A model generated the notes under the pieces. The model saw nothing but the letters and a program-made list of their open reading frames with translations. It was not told where the DNA came from and made no database searches. Shown here piece after piece: positions 49,465 to 58,150 of a stretch of 64,000 nucleotides of DNA. Positions within the stretch are counted from its first letter, which is position 1; each line of letters starts with the position of its first letter. Made by a program: the position numbers and the translations under genes. The stretch is taken from NCBI GenBank assembly GCA_963666275.2, contig CAXXOA010000001.1:96001-160000 (forward strand). Reading direction: 5' to 3'. The DNA is from Oceanispirochaeta sp. (GTDB taxonomy: Bacteria > Spirochaetota > Spirochaetia > DSM-2461).

Positions 49465-50667
49465 ATGAAAAAAATACGTGTTATTACAGTTTGTCTTTTC
49501 TTTCTCTCTTTTGCCCTGAATGCGGAAGTCCTGCGGGAACTTCAGGTGGAGGGACTGAATAAAACCAGGATCTCTACTGTGAAGGGGATCATCGGTTATG
49601 ATATCGGGGACCAGATCGATAAGGCCGGGAAAGAGGATATCCGGCAGAATCTCCTGAAGTCGGGACTCTTTATAAATGAAACAATTAAGGTGGATCTTAC
49701 AACAAGCGGTGACGATGCCTATCTGAGAATATCTCTTCATGACAGGATCACCCTTCTGCCCATTCCCATAGCCAGTGTGAGCGACGGCAGCTACAGCGGA
49801 GGCCTTTTTGTCATGGACAGGAATTTTCTGGGGCTGGGGCATCAGCTGTTTGCCGGGGGGATGATCAGTTCGGATGACAGAATGTTTATGCTGGGCTACA
49901 CAAATCCCTCGCTGAAAAGGAGTGCTTTTCAGGCGGGAGGCAGTATGAGTGCTTTTATGGCGGATGAAACAGTGACAGATATCAGCGGAAAGGATGATCT
50001 GGCCGAATATGAATACCAGACTGTGAGCGGAGGGATCTCTGCCGGCTGGGAATCCGGTTCCATACGCCTGGGGCTGCAGTCCAGGGTGTATTTTCTGGAT
50101 GTTTCTTTTTCCGATCAGGATGCTTTTGTGTTTCATCCCGAAGTATCAGCGGAATACAGCAACTTATATTATGATACCTACTTCGATAGGGGTGTGAAAG
50201 CGTCGCTCTCCTATGGGATTGACAGCTATACGGATGTATTTGATTTTACCCAGACGGCAGAGGCTCAAATCTCCTACCATCACCTGCTGCATCCGAAATG
50301 GCAGGTTCAGTTCAATGGAGATATGGCAATTTCAGAAGGAGATCCTCTTCAGTCTCTCTCCCTGGGCCAGGGCTCCTGCGGCTCCATTCTTCCTGATACT
50401 GTTCTGGCTGACCGGTTTGTACAGGGAAATCTCAAGCTGATGTATGCGGCTCTGGATTTTTCCTGGGGATACATTGCCGTTCCTATGGCCTATCAGGTGG
50501 GGATCCTGGATGGGATGAGCGGAGACAATGCGTTCTATCACGGGCCTTCAGCAGGAGTGTCTCTCTATCTGAAAAAGGTTGCGATTCCGGCTATGTCCAT
50601 TCAGTATGCTTCAAATATAGAGACAGGGAAGGGGCTTTTTTCCTTCAGTATAGGAATGGAGATGTAA
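49465..50667 (+). CDS. Outer-membrane protein with one POTRA-like domain and a beta-barrel (Omp85/BamA-like)
   Basis: Signal peptide; V.GL.KTR POTRA-like start; DRNFLGLG motif; alternating aromatic beta-strands; C-terminal FSFSIGMEM. Confidence 0.7.
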   Translation: MKKIRVITVCLFFLSFALNAEVLRELQVEGLNKTRISTVKGIIGYDIGDQIDKAGKEDIRQNLLKSGLFINETIKVDLTTSGDDAYLRISLHDRITLLPIPIASVSDGSYSGGLFVMDRNFLGLGHQLFAGGMISSDDRMFMLGYTNPSLKRSAFQAGGSMSAFMADETVTDISGKDDLAEYEYQTVSGGISAGWESGSIRLGLQSRVYFLDVSFSDQDAFVFHPEVSAEYSNLYYDTYFDRGVKASLSYGIDSYTDVFDFTQTAEAQISYHHLLHPKWQVQFNGDMAISEGDPLQSLSLGQGSCGSILPDTVLADRFVQGNLKLMYAALDFSWGYIAVPMAYQVGILDGMSGDNAFYHGPSAGVSLYLKKVAIPAMSIQYASNIETGKGLFSFSIGMEM

Positions 50668-50696
50668 TTTTCCTTTCTAGTTGTGTATGAAAAAGA

Positions 50697-51131
50697 GGTT
50701 ATAAAAGCTAAAGGGACCCTTGCGGATCCCTTTGGTTTTCTCTTTTTAGCAGGGGTAGGACTCCTGTCCAGTCATTGGATCGTGCCGATTCCTTCCCAGC
50801 CGGCTTCATAGACTAAATCGACGTCCTGTCGATTTGCGCTCCAGGTATTCGCGCCGTCTATTCCGCTTCGAGTCCTACCCCGTAAATTGGTTATAAAAGC
50901 TAAAGGGACCCTTGCGGATCCCTTTGGTTTTTTCTTTTTAGCAGGGGTAGGACTCCTGTCCAGTCATCGGCATCGTGCCGATTCCTTCCCAGCCGGCTTC
51001 ATAGACTAAATCGACGTCCTGTCGATTTGCGCTCCAGGTATTCGCGCCGTCTATTCCGCTTCGAGTCCTACCCCGTAAATTGGTTATAAAAGCTAAAGGG
51101 ACCCTTGCGGATCCCTTTGGTTTTTTCTTTT
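50697..51131 (-). repeat. Tandem tRNA-linked repeat array 1 (two ~192-193-bp units plus the tRNA trailer)
   Basis: Units begin at 50697, 50889 and 51082. Each has the terminator hairpin aaagggacccttgcggatcccttt and 17 nt of the tRNA 3' end; the two full units continue with the payload and an inverted T-arm copy. Confidence 0.95.
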
Positions 51132-51204
51132 TAGCAGGGGTAGGACTCGAACCTACGGCCTTCGGGTTATGAGCCCGACGAGCTGCCAACTGCTCCACCC
51201 TGCG
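51132..51204 (-). tRNA. Initiator tRNA-fMet (CAT), copy 1
   Basis: C1:U72 mismatch, three G-C pairs in the anticodon stem (TCGGG-CTCATAA-CCCGA), A73; own TTGACG-N17-TATATT promoter. Confidence 0.95.
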
Positions 51205-51578
51205 TCGTGTGTCACATGAATATATAGATAATAGGAATTCTCGTCAAGAGAAAGTTTGAAAAAAGTTTTTTCTGCTGATGAAAGAGAGATCTAAATGCAT
51301 ATTCAGATTAAAATTAAACAATAAAAAAAGTGCGACTCCCCTGCTTCAGGAAAGTGCACTGATTCTGTTCTGTGAAGACAGATTACTTGACTATCGTATC
51401 AACATACAGTCTGTGGAGGCATTGTTGCTTTCATCATCATTCATATCATCATTCTCTGAAAACACATGGGTGTCATAAGAAACAAGATTCCCATCTTCAA
51501 AATAATTATTTTTGCTGTTATGTGATGATGAAGAAAAACCCCGGTCCCTGAACGGAGCCGAAGGGCTCTCTGTTTTTA

Positions 51579-52072
51579 TTATAAAAAGCAAAAGGGACCC
51601 TTGCGGATCCCTTTGATTTTTTGTTTTTAGCAGGGGCTTATTTTATGGTTTCGGCAAAGGAATTGCAGACTCGCTTTTATTCGTCGGCATCGTGCCTCCT
51701 CATAAAAGCCGTCTCCGGGGTATTCGGCCATCCCTGGCCTCAGCGCTCCAGTGGAGATCGTTCCTCGGTGCCCTGCGGTACGACTCCTTTTCGCGCAAAC
51801 CCCTCCGCTTCGAGTCCTACCCCTGGGGTTGGTTCTAAAAGCAAAAGGGACCCTTGCGGATCCCTTTGTTTTTTTGTTTTTAGCAGGGGTAGGACTCCTG
51901 TCCAGTCATCGGCATCGTGCCGATTCCTTCCCAGCCGGCTTGATAGACTAAATCGACGTCCTGTCGATTTGCGCTCCAGGTATTCGCGCCGTCTATTCCG
52001 CTTCGAGTCCTACCCCGTAAATTGGTTATAAAAGCAAAAGGGACCCTTGCGGATCCCTTTGTTTTTTGTTTT
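51579..52072 (-). repeat. Tandem tRNA-linked repeat array 2 (one divergent ~250-bp unit, one standard 193-bp unit, trailer)
   Basis: Units begin at ~51579, 51831 and 52024. Confidence 0.93.
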
Positions 52073-52145
52073 TAGCAGGGGTAGGACTCGAACCTACGGC
52101 CTTCGGGTTATGAGCCCGACGAGCTGCCAACTGCTCCACCCTGCG
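52073..52145 (-). tRNA. Initiator tRNA-fMet (CAT), copy 2
   Basis: Identical to copy 1; own TTGACT-N17-TACCCT promoter-like sequence. Confidence 0.95.
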
Positions 52146-52206
52146 TCGTGTCTGGAGAGGGTATAGGTTTCGGCATTTTTAGTCAAGGGTTCTGAGTTTT
52201 TTCTTT

Positions 52207-52908
52207 TCAGGACCGGAAAAACCGGTGGTCTTCGTCGATCGCTCCCTGCAGTACTTTTTTGGCATGAAAAAAGAGCACCACAAGGAGGGGGAGGCTCAGC
52301 CAGGCAAGGGGGCCGCCATAAAAGAGAAAGAAATCATACAGTCCATGGTAAAGAACCGCCAGAAAGAGCCCCAGAGGGATGAGGGGAAGATTATCCATTT
52401 TGGCTTTGCCTATGTAATATCCCATCAGGCCGGAAGTCAGGCCGTGAAGAGGCACGGCGGTAACCCCTCTTGTGAGAAGCACGGCAATGGAGTTGTAACT
52501 GTTCATGCTGTATATGATATTTTCCAGAAAGGCAAATCCCAGACCTGCTGCCATGGTGTATATGATTCCGTCGGTCACCTCATCGAACTCCGGATGAGGG
52601 TAGATATACCTTTTGACGACAAAGAGTTTACAGCTCTCTTCCACAAGGCCGGCTACAATAAAGGCCCGGAAGGCAATGAGCATTAGGGGAGACAGGCCGT
52701 AAGGGGTCATCCTGCCCAGCATCAGTTCAATGATGATAGCCGGTATGGTGGAGAGGATCCCCAGGAAGAATGCTTTCATGACGATGCGTCCGGGTTCCGG
52801 CCGGGGATCTCTTTTATAGAAATAGTTCAGAAGCAGGAGCGCAGGAATCAGAGCGAGGAGGAAACTGATTACCTGCGGGAGCAGGAGCAGGTAAAGGAGA
52901 AAAGTCAT
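52207..52908 (-). CDS. PrsW-family intramembrane glutamic protease
   Basis: D..PEP, AGLVEE..K, GLGFAFLEN, R.VTAVPLH and HGLYD motifs. Confidence 0.9.
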   Translation of the reverse strand: MTFLLYLLLLPQVISFLLALIPALLLLNYFYKRDPRPEPGRIVMKAFFLGILSTIPAIIIELMLGRMTPYGLSPLMLIAFRAFIVAGLVEESCKLFVVKRYIYPHPEFDEVTDGIIYTMAAGLGFAFLENIIYSMNSYNSIAVLLTRGVTAVPLHGLTSGLMGYYIGKAKMDNLPLIPLGLFLAVLYHGLYDFFLFYGGPLAWLSLPLLVVLFFHAKKVLQGAIDEDHRFFRS

Positions 52909-53969
52909 TGACTCTCCTTAAGGCACTGCTGCAGTATGCGTATGAATTCCCTGTTCTGGTCTTCCGTCCCAATGGTATAGCGGATCCACTTGTCCATGGT
53001 AAATGATCCCAGGGGGCGGATCGCCATGCCCTGATCAAGGAAGTAGTCAAATACACCCTGGCTGTCTATTCCTGTTTGAATACAGAGGAAGTTTGCCTGA
53101 GTCGGGTAGTAGAAAATGCCCATCGCATCCAGTTCTCTGTAAAGGTACTCCTTTCCCTTCCGGCAGAGTTCCATGGTCCTTTCGATAAAATTCCTGTCCT
53201 CCAGAGCGGCGACTCCTGCCGACTGGGCCAGTTTATTCACGTTGAAGGCCTGTTTTGTCCTGAGAATCTGATCGATGATCTCCGGATGAGCCATTCCGAA
53301 GCCGATTCTCAAACCGGCCAGACCGTAGATTTTGGAAAAGGTATGTGTGACGATGATTCTTTTATTTTCCATAATGAGTTCATCCCCGAAGGGGAAGTCT
53401 CCGGCTGTTACAAATTCACTGTAGGCTTCATCCAGGATAACGAGCACATGAGAGGGAAGGGCCTTCAGCAGTTCATCCAGTTCTGTCCTGTTCAGATAGG
53501 TTCCTGTGGGATTGTTCGGATTGGCAATAAAAAGAAGCTTTGTTTTACTGCAGACAGCTTCCCGCAGAGCTTTCGTGTCAAACCTGCCCTCTCTGAGAGG
53601 AACTTTTTTGACTGTACCGCCGAAAAGGAGCCCTGAAAAATTATATTCTGAAAAGGTTTCCACTGCGGTAACAACTTCATCCCCCTCTTCCAGATAGGTT
53701 CCGGAGATCATGGCCAGGATCTCATCAGAACCGTTCCCTGCAATAAAACACTCTTCGGGTAGTCCATAGTGCTTTGCCAGAGCCGACCGAAGATCTCCTG
53801 ACATCCCGTCGGGATAGCGGTGGAGATGATTCAGTTCCTGCGTTATGGCGGATAGGGCCCGGGGAGATGGTCCCAGGGGATTTTCATTGGAAGAGAGTTT
53901 GACAGCTCCCGGACGGGATTTACCCGGGCTGTACAGCTTTACGGATTCAAGAGTTCTGCGGATTTTCAT
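52905..53969 (-). CDS. hisC: Histidinol-phosphate aminotransferase
   Basis: KLSSNENP.G, GNGSDE, NPNNPTG, DEAY and TFSKIYGLAGLRIG motifs. Confidence 0.92.
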   Translation of the reverse strand: MKIRRTLESVKLYSPGKSRPGAVKLSSNENPLGPSPRALSAITQELNHLHRYPDGMSGDLRSALAKHYGLPEECFIAGNGSDEILAMISGTYLEEGDEVVTAVETFSEYNFSGLLFGGTVKKVPLREGRFDTKALREAVCSKTKLLFIANPNNPTGTYLNRTELDELLKALPSHVLVILDEAYSEFVTAGDFPFGDELIMENKRIIVTHTFSKIYGLAGLRIGFGMAHPEIIDQILRTKQAFNVNKLAQSAGVAALEDRNFIERTMELCRKGKEYLYRELDAMGIFYYPTQANFLCIQTGIDSQGVFDYFLDQGMAIRPLGSFTMDKWIRYTIGTEDQNREFIRILQQCLKESQ

Positions 53970-53996
53970 ATGGTCTCCCGGATGGTCTGGATTATT

Positions 53997-55409
53997 TTAA
54001 GCCATTACATATTTATGCAGGATTTTTTTAAGGTCAATAGGGCTCACGGGTTTCCCCAGAAAATCATCAATTCCCGCATTGAGAATCTTTTCCTTGTCTT
54101 CCGCCAGTGCCAGAGCTGTCAGGGCTATAATGGGAACGGGGGTTTTCGTCTGTCCTTCGAGCTTCCGGATTTCTCTGGCCGTGTCATATCCATCCATAAT
54201 GGGCATCTGAATATCCATCAGTACAATATCCGGGGAATTTTCCCTGTAGAGCTGAAGCCCCTCTTTGCCGTTTTCCGCTGTGATCACCTGATATCCGGCT
54301 TTTTCCATGGTACGGACTGCAAGGAGCTGGTTGACCCTGTTGTCCTCCATCAGGAGAACCAGGGGGCCGTTCTGGTGGGAGTGTCTGATCTTTTCCTGTT
54401 CCAGTTCTTCCTTATGGGTTACGGGAAGCAGATCACTCTGTACCGGTCCGGGGGACTCCAGGGGTAGAAAAAACCGGAAGGTGCTTCCTTTATTCGCCTG
54501 GCTGCGAACGTCGATCATGCCTCCCATGCTGCTTGTTAAATAGGCGCATATGGCCAGTCCCAGTCCAGTCCCTCCGTATTTTCTTGTGGTGGAAGAGTCC
54601 ACCTGAGTAAAGGACCGGAACAGCAGATGCTGCCTGTTCAGAGGAATCCCTATCCCCGAGTCGGCGATGTAGAAGTAGAGGCGGGGAGGTTCTGTTTCCG
54701 GATCAAGACAGGTGGATATCTCTATGTACCCTTTTTTTGTGAACTTCAAGGCATTGCTCAGAAGATTCATAATGATCTGACGGATCCGGACAGGGTCTCC
54801 TATCATCTGCCGGGGTATATCCGGAGACGGGTTGTAACGGAATTCCAGCCCTTTGGATTTCACCTGGGGGGTAAAAATCCTGATAATGTCATCCATGAAA
54901 TTTTTATAGTCAAATGGAATGCTTTCAATCGTAAGTTTGCCTGATTCAATTTTCGAATAGTCCAGAATATCATTTATAACCCGCATCAGCGAATCAGCCG
55001 AAAGCCGGATGACTTCCATATACTCCCTGAGGACGGGGGACATCTCCTCTTCCATCGCCAGGTCTGTCATGCCGACAATCCCGTTCATGGGTGTCCGTAT
55101 CTCATGGGTCATGGAGGCGAGGAATGTACTGCTTGAATTTCTGTCTTCCGTCGTGGTCGCCCCTGATTTCTGAAGGCGCCACATAATGAGTCCTCCCCCC
55201 CCCTCATGGGAGATCTCCTCCAGCTGTATCTCTCCCTGTTTCGGAGTGAGAAGAGCATGAATGTGCCTGTCTTTCAGATCCTTTTTACTGATATTCAGCA
55301 GATCCTGAGCATTGGAGTTAGCTATTTTTATTATCCCTGCTTCGTCGGTAATCATCAGGGCTTCTTTCATTTTATCAAAGAGTTCTGTCAATTGATGAAT
55401 CTTGATCAA
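53997..55409 (-). CDS. Hybrid sensor kinase (PAS-HisKA-HATPase-REC)
   Basis: MTHEIRTPMNG, NLLSNALKFT and GGTGLGL boxes; C-terminal receiver LMDIQMP; TTG start coupled to the upstream stop. Confidence 0.92.
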   Translation of the reverse strand: MIKIHQLTELFDKMKEALMITDEAGIIKIANSNAQDLLNISKKDLKDRHIHALLTPKQGEIQLEEISHEGGGGLIMWRLQKSGATTTEDRNSSSTFLASMTHEIRTPMNGIVGMTDLAMEEEMSPVLREYMEVIRLSADSLMRVINDILDYSKIESGKLTIESIPFDYKNFMDDIIRIFTPQVKSKGLEFRYNPSPDIPRQMIGDPVRIRQIIMNLLSNALKFTKKGYIEISTCLDPETEPPRLYFYIADSGIGIPLNRQHLLFRSFTQVDSSTTRKYGGTGLGLAICAYLTSSMGGMIDVRSQANKGSTFRFFLPLESPGPVQSDLLPVTHKEELEQEKIRHSHQNGPLVLLMEDNRVNQLLAVRTMEKAGYQVITAENGKEGLQLYRENSPDIVLMDIQMPIMDGYDTAREIRKLEGQTKTPVPIIALTALALAEDKEKILNAGIDDFLGKPVSPIDLKKILHKYVMA

Positions 55410-57595
55410 AAACTTCCTCCGTATTTGAATATCTGGTAGGTAAAATAGACCGCAGCCAGAGTATTGGACGGATCTGCCAGTTCCAGATTAAAATTTTCTA
55501 TTGCCTTTACCAGAGGCAGCCGGGTCCCCGAGAAATCGGCCTTATTCAGTTCCTCCCGGCACCAGATCCAGATGCCCGAATAATCCTTCTGACTGAAACA
55601 CTCATCCATCCAGGATCTTTTATTATGAAAAAACTGCATCTCTCTGGCTTCGTCCAGCAGAATTGCCATTCCTTCTCCGGGAACATCGTTGTTCTTCTGA
55701 TAAATCCATCCCAGCGGGGGATTCAGATTTATCTGCCGGGACGCCAGGGTTGTCATATTCTGAAAATAGGTTTCTCCCTGTCTGAGGCATCTTTCATCAA
55801 ACAGGATTTCAATCCAGTCTCCCTTAGGTTGTATTTTATGCAACGCGATCAGATAATTCAAATCAGATTTCAGAGACTTTCCCAATCCTTTGAGGAATCG
55901 TTCCCATATATCCCTGTAGTATTCGTTCACTCCGATCCTTGCCAGGGATTTGGCTGCATTGGAGGCCATCAGGTTGTCCGGATCACCAAGTAGTCTCAGA
56001 AGCAGTTCTTTTACCCGGTCATCAGGGTAGGCTCCCAGGGCAAAAAGAGCCTCTTCTCTGTTAAAACCCATGGGATCTTCCGCTTCTCTCATCAGTTCCG
56101 GGAGGAGATCGGGTCTCTTTTTTTCAAACAGGGTCTTGATGATCTCTCCCCGTTCATCCGAAAGGGGCTGAAGGAAGATCTGCCGGATCTCATCATCCGC
56201 CAGGGAGGACCCGGAATACCCCAGGGAGAGGAGAAGGGACTTCCGTTTCAGAGTGGAATTGTAGGTATTCAACCGGTTAATATCCCGGAAAGTCCGCAGA
56301 TGATCCACAGAAAGGAGCATCGTCCAGGCCTGCTTTAATGAAACGCTGCCGGCTTCTTCAAACCGGGATGCCGTTATGGTAATGATCAGGCTTAAAATAA
56401 CGCCGATGAAGAAGGTCAGACCGTAAACGTTCAGAAACGGGAGAGTTCCCAGTTCGGAAAAGTCCGCCAGGGCCCCCCCCAGGAAGCCGAGGATAAAGGC
56501 CAGGATTGAGGTGATAAAAACATCCATAGAGGTAAAACTTATGGAATCTGTTTCCGGTATGGACTGAATGAAGAGCCTGGAAGCCAGCAGAACCAGCATG
56601 TTCTGGGCCATCACGGACAGGAACCCCATAATGTAGAAAAACTCAACACTTCTGTCGGTATGAGCAGTCATCCAGATAATCCAGAGCACAGACGTGGCAA
56701 CCGCTGTGGGAAGAATGAAGGGACGGCTTCCGAGCCTGTCTGCGAAAGGACGGATAAGCTGGGCTCCTATGATGGCAGCCAGGGTGATGATGATGGAATA
56801 GAGGAACACCATAGGGGCGGAAAAGCCCGCGTATTTTCTCAGAAAGGGGATTGTCATGCCTCCCAGGATCTCGATGCCGACACTGCACCAGCGGATAATC
56901 AGGATCCTTCTCTCCCGGGGAGATTTCATATTCTCCAGGAAAAGGCTTCCCACATGACGGCCTTTCTTGTGCTCAATAATTTCCCGGCTGGGAATCTTTT
57001 TGAAGGCTGCAAAGGAGAATGTATTGGAAATGAAGCCCAGAACCTGGAGGAAGAGGATCTCTGTCAATTCGGAAAAGTAGCTTGTCATCGTTACCAGATA
57101 GCTGAAAATCCTTGAAAAAATTGCCACCGTGTTGAACCGGGTTGAGGAGGTCATGACAACCTCTCCCCTGGTTCTGCTTGTGGAGATCATCTGCTGGATA
57201 TTCTGCTGCACTGCGACGCCCAGGGTCCTTGAAATACAGAAAAGGGTGTAGATCGTCAGAATCAGGTAGACCGCTTTCTGACCGGAAAGGAACGGGAGGG
57301 CAAGGTAGCCCAGAGCGGTGGTCCCCCGGAAGAACCAGGCGGTTGTTCCGACGGATTTAATGGATTTACCGTTAAAAATCCTTGTATAGAAGAGCAGGGA
57401 CAAGCCTGTGATAAACATAACCGAAGAGATATAGCCCAGCTGGGTATTATTGGCACCGTAAAGTATGGCCATCAGGTAAACTGTTGTATTGCCCAGAAAA
57501 CTGAAGCCCATACCGTTCAAACCGGCAAATCTGTAAAAATACCGTCTTCCTGTCTCACGCTCAGCCTGAGACAGGTATTTTGTTTTCTTAATCAT
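55406..57595 (-). CDS. MFS-like transporter fused to a C-terminal HEAT-repeat domain
   Basis: About 12 hydrophobic segments with FADRLGSR MFS motif; C-terminal REEALFALG and ASNAAKSLARIG HEAT-like repeats. Confidence 0.75.
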   Translation of the reverse strand: MIKKTKYLSQAERETGRRYFYRFAGLNGMGFSFLGNTTVYLMAILYGANNTQLGYISSVMFITGLSLLFYTRIFNGKSIKSVGTTAWFFRGTTALGYLALPFLSGQKAVYLILTIYTLFCISRTLGVAVQQNIQQMISTSRTRGEVVMTSSTRFNTVAIFSRIFSYLVTMTSYFSELTEILFLQVLGFISNTFSFAAFKKIPSREIIEHKKGRHVGSLFLENMKSPRERRILIIRWCSVGIEILGGMTIPFLRKYAGFSAPMVFLYSIIITLAAIIGAQLIRPFADRLGSRPFILPTAVATSVLWIIWMTAHTDRSVEFFYIMGFLSVMAQNMLVLLASRLFIQSIPETDSISFTSMDVFITSILAFILGFLGGALADFSELGTLPFLNVYGLTFFIGVILSLIITITASRFEEAGSVSLKQAWTMLLSVDHLRTFRDINRLNTYNSTLKRKSLLLSLGYSGSSLADDEIRQIFLQPLSDERGEIIKTLFEKKRPDLLPELMREAEDPMGFNREEALFALGAYPDDRVKELLLRLLGDPDNLMASNAAKSLARIGVNEYYRDIWERFLKGLGKSLKSDLNYLIALHKIQPKGDWIEILFDERCLRQGETYFQNMTTLASRQINLNPPLGWIYQKNNDVPGEGMAILLDEAREMQFFHNKRSWMDECFSQKDYSGIWIWCREELNKADFSGTRLPLVKAIENFNLELADPSNTLAAVYFTYQIFKYGGSF

Positions 57596-57784
57596 TCCCT
57601 AATCCATGAAATTGATTGATAAATGGTTGTTTTACAACTATAGGTTGTCCTCACTTCCGGGTAAAGATCATTTTTATTAAAAAATTATGTAACCCCCTGT
57701 GGTGAGAACAGTTTTTCTATTGAGAGCGCAGCTTAAGGCTCTTAAACAGCTTTTTTTCTTTTTTGATGAATTTCTCCAATTCAA

Positions 57785-57822
57785 GCCCCCGGTTTTCCTC
57801 CTTTTCCGGGGGCACTTTTTTT
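57785..57822 (+). terminator. Plus-strand terminator with no upstream plus-strand gene
   Basis: GCCCCCGG-TTTTCCTCCTTTT-CCGGGGGC followed by a T7 run. Confidence 0.7.
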
Positions 57823-58004
57823 ATAAGTCAAAATAAACGGCTGCCAACGGGGACTGATTGGAGATTCAGGCTGTTACAGGATTCTCCGATAGGCCATACA
57901 ATATTTTTACCGGATTCACTGCAGGGGGGGGCAATTTTTCTTTCATTTTTCTCTTTTTATTCTGTCCCACTCGGGAGGGATATTTTCTGTCATTAGAATG
58001 GGGC

Positions 58005-58041
58005 AAAAAAAGCCCCCGGGAAAAGGAGGAAACCCGGGGGC
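58005..58041 (-). terminator. Minus-strand terminator, near-identical to the one at 57785
   Basis: Minus strand GCCCCCGGG-TTTCCTCCTTTT-CCCGGGGGC followed by T7. Confidence 0.75.
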
Positions 58042-58150
58042 GAAGAAAAAAAAATGAAACTACAAACCCAAAAGAAATCTTTGCTATTTAACCCTAAAAC
58101 AGAACTCTCCCCGGGAGGGTTACACTTTTTTTTCAGTTTTTTTATTTTCT

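Noticed and set aside
51545..51566. CCCTGAACGGAGCCGAAGGG hairpin as another REP family
   Set aside because: It resembles repeats seen in other bacteria but occurs once in this window, so it cannot be supported here.
50938..52031. ORFs 50938-51198, 51278-51478, 51391-51591, 51621-52031 and 51751-51951
   Set aside because: They overlap tRNA or repeat DNA or low-complexity spacer, with no RBS or recognisable motifs.
50697..52072. CRISPR array
   Set aside because: The period is ~193 bp, the intervening sequences are near-identical rather than unique spacers, the repeats derive from tRNA ends, and no cas genes are present.
50697..52145. Integrated prophage or island bounded by tRNA att sites
   Set aside because: tRNA 3'-end duplications are only ~190 bp apart and no integrase or cargo genes lie between them.
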